From positions 1,116,001 to 1,180,000 of the forward strand of contig JAXLNO010000385.1 in NCBI GenBank assembly GCA_038087875.1: 64,000 bases of DNA, given 5' to 3'. The stretch is from Malacoraja senta. Lineage: Eukaryota. This document shows, piece by piece, positions 1 through 12,849 of this stretch. How positions within the stretch are numbered: position 1 is the stretch's first letter; every line of letters starts with the position of its first letter. The translations under genes and the position numbers were made by a program. The notes beneath the pieces were generated by a model. The model was not told the origin of the DNA, made no database searches, and saw only the letters and a list, made by a program, of their open reading frames with translations.

Positions 1-47
<47 letters not shown>

Positions 48-90
48 TGGAGGGGAGGGGGGGAGTGAAAGAGTTGAGACGGAGATTTTG

Positions 91-120
91 TTCGACTTCG
101 AGTTCGAGATCGTGCTCGAG

Positions 121-181
<61 letters not shown>

Positions 182-3100
182 GAGAGATACAGTTAGTTCG
201 AATTCGAGTTCCAGATAGAGTTCGAGTTCTAGTTCAAGTTCAAGCTCGAGTTAGAATTGAATGAAAGAATGAATGAATGAATGAATGAATGAATGAATGA
301 ATGAATGAACGAATGAATGAATGAATGAATTTATTGGCCAAGTCTTCACAGACAAGGAATTCGCCTTGGTGCTCCGCCCGCAAGTGGAACTCCAACTCGA
401 GTTTTAAATAGAGTTCGAGGTCGAGATGGTGTTCGAGATAGAGTTTGTGTTCGACAGAGAGATCGATATATAGTTCGAGATCGAGTTCTTGATCCAGTTC
501 GAGTTCGAGATAGAGTTCGAGATTGAGGTCGATGTCGAGATAGAGTTGTAGTTCGCGATACAGTTCGAGTTCTAATTCGAGTTCGAGTTGAATGAATGAA
601 CGAATGAATGAATGAATGAATGAATGAATGAATGAATGAATGATTGAATGAATGAATGAATAAATGGCTGAATGAATGAATGAATGAATGAATGAATGAA
701 TGAATGAATGAATGAATGAATGAATGAATGAATTTATTGGCCAAGTATTCACATACAAGGGATTTGCCTTGGAGGTCCGCCAGCAAGTCGAACTCAAATT
801 TGAGTTCGAGATAGTTTGAGTTCGAGATAGAGTACGAGTTCGAGTTCGAGTTCGAGTTCGAGTTCAAGTTCGAGCTCGAGTTCGAGTTAAATGAATGAAT
901 GAATGAATAAGTTTATTGGCCAAGTATTCACATACTAGGTTTTTGCCTCGGTGCTCCGCCCGTAAGTCGAAATCAAACTCGAGTTCGAGATCGAATTCGA
1001 GTTCGAGTTCGAGATAGATTTTGAGTTTGAGTTCGAGAGAGAGTTCGAGTTCGAGATAGAGTTCGAGTTCGAGTTGACTGAATGCATGAATGAATGAATG
1101 AATGAATGAATACGTTCATTGGCCATGTATTCACATACACGGAATTAGCTTTGGTGCTCCGCCCGCAAGTCGAACTGGAACTCGATTTTGCGATCCTAGA
1201 GAGTACGAGTTCGAGTAGGAGTTAGAGATAGAGTTCGTGATAGAGTTCGAGTTCGAGTTCGAGTTCAAGTTGCAGTTGGAGTTGGAGTTGGCGTTCGAGA
1301 TAGAGTTCGAGTTCTAGTTCAAGTTCGAGATAGTTCGAGTTCGAGATAGAGTTCGGGTTCGAGTTCAAGTTCGAGCTCGATTTCGAGTTGAACGAATGAA
1401 TGAATGAATAGGTTTATTGGCCAATATTCACATACAAGGCATTTGCCTTGCTGCTCCGCCCGTAACTCGAACTCCAACTCGAGTTCTAGATCCAGTTCGA
1501 GTTCGAGGTAGATTTCGAGTTCGAGATAGAGTTCGAGTTCGAGATAGTTCGCTGTCGAGATAGAGTTGTAGTTCGCGATACAGTTCGAGTTCTAATTCGA
1601 GTTCGAGATCGAGATCGAGTTCGAGATCGAGTTCGAGATCGAGTTCGAGTTTAAGTTCGAGTTCCAGCTCGAGTTCAATGAATGAATAAATGAATGAATG
1701 AACGAATGAATGAATTTATTGGCAAAGTATTCACGTACAAGGAATTTGCGTTGGTGCTCCGCCCGCAAGTCGAACTCGAGTTTGAGATCGAGTTCGAGTT
1801 AGAGTGCGAGTTCGAGTTCGAGTTCGAGTTCGAGTTCAAGTTCGAGCTCGAGTTCGAGTTAAATGAATGAATGAATGAATGAATACGTTTATTGGGCGTG
1901 TATTCACATACAAGGAATTTGCATTGGTGCTCCGCCCGTAACTCGAACTCGAGTTCGAGATCGAATTCGAGATAGATTTCATGTTCCAGTAGGAGTTCGA
2001 GTTCGAGTTAAATTTCGAGTTCGAGATAGAGTTCGAGGTCGAGATATTTAGAGTTCGAATTCGAGTATTAAAGAGAGATAGATTTCGAGTTCCAGTAGGA
2101 GTTCGAGTTCAAGTTCAATATCGAGTTCGTGATCGAGTTCGCGTTCGAGATAATTCGAGATAGAGTTCGCGTTCGAGATAGAGTTTGAGGTAGTTCGAGA
2201 GATACAGAAAGAGATAGAGTTCGAGTTCCAGTAGGAGTTCGAGTTCAAGTTCAATATAGAGTTCGTTCGAGTTCGAGATCGAGTTCGCGTTCGAGATAAT
2301 TCGAGATAGAGTTCGCGTACGAGATAGAGTTTGAGGTAGAGTTCGAGAGAGAGAGAGAGAGAGAGAGAGTTCGAGTTCGAGATAACAATTCGAGTTCGAG
2401 ATAGAGTTCGAGTTCGAGTTCGACTTCGAGATCGAGTTCGCGTTCGAGATAGAGTTCGAATTCGAGAGAGTTCGAGATCGAGTTCGCGTTCGATTGAGAG
2501 TTCGTGATGGAGTTCGAGTTCGAGATAAGAGTTCCAGTTCGATATAGTTCGGTTTCGAGATAGAGTTCGTGAAAGAGTTCGAGTTCAATTTCGAGTTGGA
2601 GTTGGAGTAGGAGTTCGAGATAGTTCGAGTTCGAGAGAGAGAGAGAGTTCGAGTTCGAGTTCGAGATAAAGTTCGAGATAGAATTCGTTCGAATTCGAGT
2701 TCGAGATAGAGTTGGAGTTCGAGTTGGGGATTGATTTCGACATATAGTTCGAGAGAGTTAGAGTTCGAGATAGTGTTCGAGGTCGAGATAGAGTTCCTGA
2801 AAGAGTTCGAGATAGTTCGAGTTCAAGTTCGAGTTGGAATTGGAGTTCGAGTTCGAGTTCGAGTTCGAGTACGAGTTCGTGATAGAGTTTGTCCAAGCTC
2901 GAGTTGGAATTGGAGTTGGAGTTCGATAGAGTTCGAGTTCGAGATATAGTTCAACTTCGTGTTCGAGGACGAGTTCGAGATCGAGTTCGAGATCGAGTTC
3001 TAGTTCGAGAGAGAGAGTTCGAGATAGAGTTCGAGATACAGTTAGAGTTCGAATTTGCCTTGGTGCTGCGCCCGCAAGTCGAACTCCAACTCGATTTTGA

Positions 3101-3761
3101 AATAGAGTTCGAGGTCGAGATGGTGTTCGAGATAGAGTTTGTGTTCGACAGAGAGTTCGATATATAGTTCGAGATCGAGCTCCAGATCGAGTTCCAGATC
3201 GAGTTCGAGTTCGAGATAGAGTTCGAGTTCGAGTTCGAGTTCGAGTTCGAATTCGAGTTCGAGTTCGAGTTCGAGTTCGAGTTCGAGTTCGAGTTCGAGT
3301 TCGAGTTGAATGAATGAATGAATGAATGAATGAATGAATGGATGGATGAATGAATGAATGAATGAATGAATGAATGAATGAATGAATGAAAGAATAAATG
3401 AATGAATGAATTAATAAATACATTTATTGGCCAAGTATTCACATACAAGGAATTTGCCTTGATGGTCCGCCAGCAAGTCGAACTCCAACTCGAGTTAGAG
3501 ATAGAGTACGTGTTCGAGTTCGAGTTCTAATCCGTGTTCGAGTTCGATTTCGAGTTCGAGTTCGTTAGAGATAGAGTTTGTGATAGAGTTTGAGTTCAAT
3601 TTGATATTGTAGTTGGAGTTGGAGTTCGAGGTAGTTCGAGTTCGAGATAGAGTTCGAGTTCAAGAAACAGTTCGAGTTCGAGATCGAGTTCGCGATAGAG
3701 TTCGAGTTCGAGATAGATTTTGATGTCGCGATAGAGTTGGAGTTCGTGATAGAGTTCGAGT
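91..3761 (+). repeat. Complex (GAGTTC)n hexamer satellite with GAGATA/GAGATC variants, (GAAT)n runs and repeated ~55-bp LINE 3' tips
   Basis: Tandem TTCGAG units are directly visible. The unit 'tttattggccaagtattcacatacaaggaatttgccttggtgctccgcccgcaagt' recurs at ~329, 733, 911, 1114, 1412, 1715, 1887 and 3422, with a partial copy at 3051. Confidence 0.95.
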
Positions 3762-5202
3762 TTCAACAACAAGTTTCAACAAGTTTATTTATGGATAACC
3801 CCTTGAGATAGACAGTCATCTCGTTTTCGAGGGGGTCCAACATAGAACATACAGCACAAGACATAACATACATAAAGGCTCTCATCGACCCACCTACCCA
3901 CACACCAAACCCAAAACCCCTCCATCCCCATTTGTTATAGTTTTTAACAATTGTTAATTAACTTAAATCCAATAATAACAAAAGTTATGTGTTACAGCAT
4001 AATGTTAATCGCTATGCAATACTCTAATACTAGAAACAGATACATGGTTTTATGAGAAATGGTAAAAGTGTATTTTTAAATAGACGAAATGAACTAATAG
4101 TTCTTATGGTACTAGGCAGAGTGTTCCAGTCAGAAGGAGCTTTATATTTAAATGCACGTCTCCCAATTTCTTTGTTCGTTCTTGGAATGAAAAAGAAGGG
4201 TTGTTGAATATGTCTTAGTGAATATGAGGGTGTGTATGGTAATAGGTCTTGTTTTAAATAAGAAGGGTAATTAAGATGGATGCATTTAAAGATGAACTGG
4301 AACCAGTGGTAGCATCTTCGAGCGTGGAGGGATAACCAGTTTAAAGTTTCGTACATAGAACAGTGGTGAGTTGTATATGGACACCTTAAAATAAATCTGC
4401 AAAGACTTATAAACTACATTAAGAGGTTGAAGATGTATATCAAATGTATTCTGATAGACAATATCAGCATAATCCAGTGTTGGTAGTAGTAGTTGAGAGA
4501 CAATTATTTTTCTCATCTGAAAGGTGAAACAATTTATATGGCGGTAAAGAATAGCTAGATTACAGCTAAGTTTTTTAGTAATCGTCTCACTGTGCTGCGT
4601 AAATGAAAGCGTTAGGTCAAGCCAAACACCAAGATATTTGAAGTTCAGTACTTGTTCTAATGATGATCCTTCATTAAATGATATAGTCAGATCTACAGAA
4701 TTACCAAGGCCTTGTCTGGTACCAAATAACATACTACATGATTTATTTTTATTTAAAATTAATTTGTTAAATAATAGCCATTTCTGAACAGAAATAAGAT
4801 CTGATTGAAGGGTTCTTTCAATTTCAGACTTGTTAGTACTAGATGTATATAGCACCGCATCATCGGCATATAGTTGCATTTGACAGTCAGAACAGATATT
4901 GGGGAGGTCGTTTATGAAAATAGAGAAAAGGAGTGGTCCCAAGGACGAACCTTGCGGGACCCCCTTCTCAACAATTAAGAAATTGGATTGACTTCCATTA
5001 ATGGTGACACGTTGGCGTCTGTTATGAAGGTATGAGTTAACCACAGTAGATTGTTTCGAGAAAGACCAATAGAGTAAAGTTTATCAAGCAGTAGGTAGTG
5101 GTCAACAACATCAAAGGCCTTGGAAAGATGGCACCGGTCAGTTTACCATCCTCGGAAGCAGTGAACACATCGCTGGTAAATTTTAACAGAGCTGTAGTTG
5201 TG
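3762..5202 (-). mobile_element. 5'-truncated L2/CR1-group LINE (RT and C-terminus, frameshifted)
   Basis: ORF 4286-5044 has GVPQGSSLGPLLF, LYADD and FKYLGVWLD; the C-terminus continues in 4030-4356. The 3' end has a stem-loop (accccctcg...caaggggt), AATAAA and a (cttgttgaaa) tail. GAGTT is duplicated at 3758-3762 and 5203-5207, and the empty site is at ~8805-8820. Confidence 0.9.
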
Positions 5203-5552
5203 GAGTTCAATGAATGAATGAATGAATGAATGAATGAATGAATGAATGAATGAATGAATGAATGAATAAATGAATGAATACATTTATTGGCCAAGTATTC
5301 ACAAACAAGGAATTTGCTTTGCTGGTCCGCGTATTCGAGTTCGAGTTCGAGTTCGAATTCGAGTTCGAGATAGAGTGCGAGTTCGAGAGAAAGTTCGAGA
5401 GCGAGTTCGAGTTCAAGATAGAGTGCGAGTTCGAGTTCGAGTTCGAGATAGAGTTCGAGTTCGAGTTCGAGTTCGAGATAGAGTGCGAGTTCGAGTTCGA
5501 GTTCGAGATAGAGTTCGAGTTTGAGTTCGAGTTCGAGTTCGAGTTCGAGATA
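5203..5552 (+). repeat. (GAAT)n, LINE tip and (GAGTTC)n satellite
   Basis: Same units as 91-3761. Confidence 0.9.
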
Positions 5553-6281
5553 GACCTTATTTTATTTTTATTTTATTTAATCCTTTATTTCGAACAGAAA
5601 AAAAGAATAAAAAGCGTGTGAAACAGCATACAAAAAAACAAAACAAGAATATTTATATGGTGTCATAAACAATATCTATAAATAAATGAAATCGTATATG
5701 TCCGAAAAGGAGCAGGAAGAAGCCAAAGCTTATTATTTCCCACCCCCTTATTCAACTGCTTACAATTATTTTATACATATTTAGCAGCTATATGTACACC
5801 ATATGTACACCAGCAGCTATATGTACAGCAAATTATTTACATTTATACACTAATCAAATATTTACAAAGCCATACAAAAAAAGAGAGAAAAAAGAAAAAA
5901 GAAAAGAAAAAACCCTCATATACTATACAGTATCCCTCAGTCATATATACAACCCATAACCCTCATATACAATGCAGTATCCCTTAGTCATATATACAAC
6001 CCATCACCCTATAATCACCCTTCCCGATACAATCAGTATATCAAATATCCCACTCACAATCACCTATCCTCATCCCAATATCCTTTAAAAAAAAGTGTTT
6101 TTGAACATCTTTTTAAACTGAATTATGTTTGTGCTAGGCTTTATCTCCTGTTCCAGACCATTCCACAAATTCACCCCACAGATTGCTATGCACATAATTT
6201 TAAGTTGTTCTGATATTGTGTTTTTAAAAATTATTTTCCCCTCTCAAATTATACCCACCCTGTCTTTCCATAAACAGTTTT
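5553..6281 (-). mobile_element. 3' fragment of an L2-group (Crack/Daphne-like) LINE, copy 1
   Basis: The paralogue at 9552-9944 translates YNLRG..RTTLKIMCIAICAVNLCNGL..QFKKRYK, a typical LINE ORF2 C-terminus. An AT-rich 3'UTR and (AATAA)n tail follow. Confidence 0.7.
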
Positions 6282-6471
6282 TCTCGAGTTCGAGATCAAG
6301 TTCGAGCTCGAGTTCGAATTGAATGAATGAATGAACACGTTTCTTGGCCTAGTACTCACATACAGGGAAGTTGCCTTGGTGCTCCGCCCGCAAGTCGAAC
6401 TCAAACTCGAGTTCGAGATAGAGTTCTAGTTCGAGATAGAGTACGAGTTCGCGTTCGAGTTCGAGTTCGAG

Positions 6472-7321
6472 TTCAAGAATCAAGAATCAAGAGACTTTAT
6501 TGTCATGTGTCCCTGATAGGACAATGAAATTCTTGCTTTGCTTCAGCACAACAGAACATAGTAGGCATTCACTACAAAACAGATCAGTGTGTCCATATAT
6601 CATTATCTACGTAAAAAGTACAAATAACAGATAATGGACTATTAATGTTCGGAGTTTTGTCCGAGCCAAATTTAAAAGGCTGTGGAGAAGTAGCTATTCG
6701 TGAACCTGGTCATTGCAGTCTTCAGCCTCCTGTACCTTATACCTGAAGGTAGCAGGGAGATGAGTGTGTGGCCAGGATGGTGTGGTTCCTTGATGATACT
6801 GACAGCCTTTTTGAGGCAGCGACTGCGATAGATCCCCTCGATGGAAGGGAGGTCAGAGCCGATGATGGACTGAGCAGTGTTTATTACTTTTTGTAGTCTT
6901 TTCCTCTCCAGGGCGCTCAAGTTGCCGAACCAAGCCACGATGCAACCGCTCAGCATGCTCTCTACTGTGCACCTGTAGAAGTTCGAGAGCGTCCTCCTTG
7001 ACAAACTGACCCTCCGTAATCTTCTCAGGAAGTAGAGGCGCTGATGTGCTTTCTTAATAATTGCATCAGTGTTCTCGGACCAGGAAAGATCTTCAGAGAT
7101 ATGCACGCCCAGGAATTAGAAGCTCTTGACCCTTTCAACCATCGACCCGTTGATATAAACGGGACTGTGGGTCCCCATCCTACTCCTTCTAAAGTCCACA
7201 ATCAGTTCCTCGGTTTTGCTGGTGTTGAGGGCCAGGTTATTTTGCTGGTACCATATGGACAGTTGCTCGATCTCTCTTCTATACTCTGACTCATCCCCAT
7301 CAGTGATACGTCCCACAACAG
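6472..7321 (-). mobile_element. Rex1/Babar LINE 3' fragment, copy 1 (cut at duplication breakpoint)
   Basis: ORF 6672-7106 reads HISEDLSWS..KKAHQRLYFLRRL..FYRCTVES..WFGN. The tail is acaataaa+(TCTTGAT)n. Confidence 0.88.
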
Positions 7322-9070
7322 TGAGTTCAAGTTCAAGATAGAGTTCGAGTTCGAGTTCGAGATCGAGTTCGCGTTCGAGATAATTCGAGATAGAGTTCGC
7401 GTTCGAGATAGAGTTTGAGGTAGAGTTCGAGAGAGGGAGAGAGAGATAGAGTTCGAGTTCGAGATAACAATTCGAGTTCGAGATAGAGTTCGAGTTCGAG
7501 TTCGAGTTCGAAATCGAGTTCGCATTCGAGATAGCGTTCGGATTCGAGAGAGTTCGAGATCGAGTTCGCGTTCGATTGAGAGTTCGTGATAGAGTTCGAG
7601 TTCGAGATAAGAGTTCCAGTTCGATATAGTTCGATTTCGAGATAGAGTTCGTGAAAGAGTTCGAGTTCAATTTCGAGTTGGAGTTGGAGTTGGAGTAGGA
7701 GTTCGAGATAGTTCGAGTTCGAGTTCGAGAGAGAGTTCGAGTTCGAGTTCGAGATAAAGTTCGAGATAGAATTCGTTCGAATTCGAGTTCGAGATAGAGT
7801 TGGATTTCGAGTTGGGGATTGATTTCGACATATAGTTCGAGAGAGTTAGAGTTAGAGATAGTGTTCGAGGTCGAGATAGAGTTCCTGAAAGAGTTCGAGA
7901 TAGTTTGAGTTCAAGTTCGAGTTGGAATTGGAGTTCGAGTTCGAGTTCGAGTTCGAGTTCGAGTTCGAGTACGAGTTCGTGATAGAGTTTGTCCAAGTTC
8001 GAGTTGGAATTGGAGTTGGATAGAGTTCGAGTTCGAGATATAGTTCGACTTCGAGTTCGAGGACGAGTTCGAGATCGAGTTCGAGATCGAGTTCTAGTTC
8101 GAGAGAGAGAGTTCGAGATAGAGTTCGAGATACAGTTAGAGTTCGAATTCGTTGAATGAATGAATGAATTTATTGGCCAAGTCTTCACATACAAGGAATT
8201 TGCCTTGGTGCTCCGCCCGCAAGTCGAACTCCAACTCGATTTTGAAATAGAGTTCGAGGTCGAGATGGTGTTCGAGATAGAGTTTGTGTTCGACAGAGAG
8301 TTCGATATATAGTTCGAGATCGAGTTCGAGATCGAGTTCCAGATCGAGTTCGAGTTCGAGATAGAGTTCGAGTTCGAGTTCGAGTTCGAGTTCGAGTTCG
8401 AGTTCGAGTTCGAGTTGAATGAATGAATGAATGAATGAATGGATGAATGAATGAATGAATGAATGAATGAATGAATGAAAGAATTAATGAATGAATGAAT
8501 TAATAAATACATTTATTGGCCAAGTATTCACATACAAGGAATTTGCCTTGATGGTCCGCGAGCAAATCGACCTCCAACTCGAGTTCGTGATAGAGTACGT
8601 GTTCGAGTTCGAGTTCTAATCCGTGTTCGAGTTCGATTTCGAGTTCGAGTTCGTTAGAGATAGAGTTTGTGATAAAGTTCGAGTTCAATTTGATGTTGGA
8701 GTTGGAGTTGGAGTTCGAGATAGTTCGAGTTCGAGATAGAGTTCGCGATAGATTTCGAGTTCGAGATGGATTTTGATGTCGCGATAGAGTTGGAGTTCGT
8801 GATAGAGTTCGAGTTCAATGAATGAATGAATGAATGAATGAATGAATGAATGAATGAATGAATGAATGAATGAATGAATACATTTATTCGCCAAGTATTC
8901 ACAAACAAGGAATTTGCTTTGCTGGTCCGCGTATTCGAGTTCGAGTTCGAGTTCGAATTCGAGTTCGAGATAGAGTGCGAGTTCGACAGAAAGTTCGAGA
9001 GCGAGTGCGAGTTCGAGTTCGAATTCGAGATAGAGTTCGAGTTCGAGTTCGAGTTCGAGTTCGAGATAGA
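7322..9070 (+). repeat. (GAGTTC)n satellite, tandem duplicate of ~2240-3760 plus 5203-5552
   Basis: Variant units occur in the same order as at 2240-3760. The 3762-5202 LINE is absent. Confidence 0.9.
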
Positions 9071-9751
9071 CCTTATTTTATTTTTCTTTTATTTAATTCT
9101 TTATTTCGAACAGAATAAAAGAATAAAAAGCGTGTGAAACAGCATAAAAAAAAAAAAACAAGAATATTTATAAAGTGTCATAAACAATATCTATAAATAA
9201 ATGAAATCGTATGTGTCCGAAAAGGAGCAGGAAGAAGCCTAAGCTTATTATTTCCACCCCCTTATTCAACTGCTTATTGTTATTTTATACATATTTAGCA
9301 GCTATATGTACACCATATGTACACCAGCAGCTATATGTACAGCAAATTATTTACATTTATACACTAATCAAATATTTACAAAGCCATACAAAAAAGAGAG
9401 AGAAAAGAAAAAAGAAAAGAAAAAAACCCTCATATACTATACAGTATCCCTCAGTCATATATACAACCCATCACCCTATAATCACCCTTCCCGATATAAT
9501 CAGTATAACAAATATCCCACTCACAATCACCTATCCTCATCCCAATATCCTTTAAAAAAAAGTGTTTTTGTACCTCTTTTTAAACTGAATTATGTTTAGG
9601 CTAAGCTTTATCTCCTGTTCCAGACCATTGCACAAATTCACCGCACAGATTGCTATGCACATAATTTTAAGCGTTGTTCTGATATTGTGTTTTAAAAAAT
9701 TATTTTCCCCTCTCAAATTATACCCACCCTGTCTTCCATAAACAGTTTTTC
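9071..9751 (-). mobile_element. L2-group LINE 3' fragment, copy 2
   Basis: Near-identical to 5553-6281. Confidence 0.7.
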
Positions 9752-9940
9752 TCGAGTTCGAGATCAAGTTCGAGCTCGAGTTCGAATTGAATGAATGAAT
9801 GAACACGCTTATTGGCCTAGTACTCACATACAGGGAAGTTGCCTTAGTGCTCCCCCCGCAAGTCGAACTCAAACTCGAGTTCGAGATAGAGTTCGAGTTC
9901 GAGATAGAGTACGATTTCGCGTTCGAGTTAGAGTTTGAGT

Positions 9941-11431
9941 TCAAGAATCAAGAATCAAGAGACTTTATTGTCATGAGTCCCTGATAGGACAATGAAATTC
10001 TTGCTTTGCTTCAGCACAACAGAACGTAGTAGGCATTCACTGCAAAACAGATCAGTGTGTCGATATACCATTTTCTACGTAAAAAGTACAAATAACAGAT
10101 AATGGACTATTAATGTTCGGAGCTTTGTCCGAGCCAAGTTTAAAAGGCTGTGGAGAAGTAGCTATTCGTGAACCTGGTCATTGCAGTCTTCAGGCTCCTG
10201 TACCTTATACCTGAAGGTAGCAGGGAGATGAGTGTATGGCCAGGATGGTGTGGTTCCTTGGTGATACTGACAGCCTTTTTGAGGCAGCGACTGCGATAGA
10301 CCCCCTCGATGGAAGGGAGGTCAGAGCCGATGATGGACTGAGCAGTGTTTATTACTTTTTGTAGTCTTTTCCTCTCCAGGGCGCTCAAGTTGCCGAACCA
10401 AGCCACGATGCAACCGGTCAGCATGCTTTCTGCTGTGCACCTGTAGAAGTTAGAGAGCGTCCACCTTGACAAACTGACCCTCCGTAATCTTCTCAGGAAG
10501 TAGAGGCGCTGATGTGCGTTCTTAATAATTGCATCAGTGTTCTCGGACTAGGAAAGATCTTCAGAGATGTGCACGCCCAGGCATTAGAAGCTCTTGACCC
10601 TTTCAACCATCGACCCGTTGATATAAACGGGACTGTGGGTCCCCATCCTACTCCTTCTAAAGTCCACAATCAGTTCCTCGGTTTTGCTGGTGTTGAGGGC
10701 CAGGTTATTGTGCTGGTACCATATGGACAGTTGCTCGATCTCTCTTCTATACTCTGACTCATCCCCATCAGTTATACGTCCCACAACAGTGGTGTCGTCA
10801 GCGAACCTGATGATGGAGTTCGCAATATGACCGGCTACGCAGTCATGAATATAGAGTGAGTACAGCAGGGGACTGAGCACGCAGCCTTGAGGTGCTCCCG
10901 TGCTGATTGTTATATAGTCTGACACATTTCCACCAATACGAACAGACTGTGGTCTGTGAATGAGGAAGTCGAGGATCCAATTGCAGAGGGATGCGCAGAG
11001 AACCAGTTCTGCGAGTTTGGTAACCAGCTTGGAGGGGATTATTGTATTAAATGCCGAGCTGTAATCAATGAATAACAGCCTGACATATGAGTTTGTGTTT
11101 TCCAAGTGGTCCAGAGCGGAGTGGAGGGCGAGCAAGATCGCATCCGCCGTTAATCTGTTGTGGCGGTAAGCGAACTGCAGTGGGACCAGATTTTTGTCGA
11201 GGTAGGATTTGATTTGCGCCATGATCAACCTCTCAAAGCACTTCATCACCACAGGCGTTAGTGCCACTGGTCGATAGTCATTGAGGCACGTCACCTTGCT
11301 CTTCTTGGGCACCGGTATAATTGATGCCCTTTTGAAGCAGGTGGGAACCTCGAACCTCAGAAATGTGAGGTTGAAAATATCCGTAAAACTCCAGCCAGTT
11401 GATCCGCACAGGTTTTTTCGAACACGACCAG
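9941..11431 (-). mobile_element. 5'-truncated Rex1/Babar LINE with RT (premature stop), copy 2
   Basis: ORF 10584-11312 has [28 protein letters not shown] and FADD. An in-frame TAA follows KSF, and the tail is (TCTTGAT)n. Confidence 0.92.
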
Positions 11432-12036
11432 TTCGAATTGGGGTTGGAGTTCGAGATAGTTCGTGTTCGAGATAGAGTTCGAGTTCGAGATGGAGTTCGA
11501 GATACAGTTAGAGTTCAAATCCGCATTCGAGTTCGAGTTCAAGTTCGAGATCGAGCTCGAGTTCTAGTTCAATGAATGAATGAATGAATGAATACATTTA
11601 TGGGCCAACTATTCTCATACAAGGAATTTGCCTTGGTGCTCCGCCAGCAAATCGAACTCCAACTCGAGTTCGAGATAGAGTTCGAGGTCGAGATGGTGTT
11701 CGAGATAGAGTTCGTGTTCGACAGAGAGTTCGATATAAAGTTCGAGATCGAGTTCGAGATCGAGTTCGAGTTCGAGTTCGAGTTCGAGTTGATTGAATGA
11801 ATAAATGAATACGTTTATTGGTCAAGTATTCACATACAAGGAATTTGCCTTGGTGCTCCGCCCGCAAGTCCAACTCGAACTCGAGTTCGAGATAGAGTAC
11901 GAGTTCGAGTTCGAGTTCGAATTCGAGTTCGAGTTCGAATTCGAGTTCGAGTTCGAAATAGAGTTCGAGTTCGAGATAGAGTTCGAGTTCGAGTTGAATG
12001 AATACGATACGTGTGCGAGAGAGAGAGAGAGAGAGG

Positions 12037-12098
<62 letters not shown>

Positions 12099-12121
12099 GA
12101 GAGAGAGAACGAGTTCGAGAT
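11432..12121 (+). repeat. (GAGTTC)n satellite, LINE tips and (GA)n
   Basis: Directly visible. Confidence 0.9.
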
Positions 12122-12849
12122 TGTTGATTTGTAGTCCTTATAATAACAATGGCCTTACACCATGTCAGGTTATATAGAGTTTATTGGTTACAAGCGCTAC
12201 AACTTCTCACTTAGGAGTTCAATTTAAGACTAACGGAATGCAGCAGACCGCGACGCTAACAAGCTAGTGGGCGTAACTTCAAATGCAAGCCACGAATCTA
12301 CATCCCCCTCTTAAAGTATTAATAACGATGTATATCCATAACTAAGCAAAGCAAATATCACAACCGGACGGACTGGTGGAAAGTGAAACATAGTCCGGAT
12401 ACATCACGACCGGCCTGCAAACACGACCGGGACGTGTACGATAGAGGCCATCTCCATTATTTTTCTCTGGGGAAAGAGCAGGCGATGTCACCGCCGTGGG
12501 GGAGTGGACAAACGTCCCTGGAGTCGAAGCAGGAGAATGTGGCGCAGGCGAAGATGGAACAGACAGAGGAACTGTCGCAGGCATGGATTGTTGTGCTGGC
12601 AAGAGCATGCGGGGGTCACTAGATGCAGATTGAAATGAACTTGTACGATCCGGATAATAAGGAGGAGGGACCAGACACCACCCCAATACGGTCAAGGCCT
12701 TTGTCAGTCTGTAAGAGGACCACCTGTCCTTTGGTCAATGGTGGCAGTGGCTTACTCGTCTTATCGAACTATACCTTTTGAACGTCACGCTTTTGTTGCA
12801 ACCTGGATTGAACCTCCTTTGGCGGAAACACATGTGGGGTTAATGTTTG

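Noticed and set aside
329..12000. CRISPR-like array of ~55-bp repeats
   Set aside because: The spacers are satellite DNA of irregular length, the repeats end in AATAAA+(TTCA)n, no cas genes are present, and the context is vertebrate.
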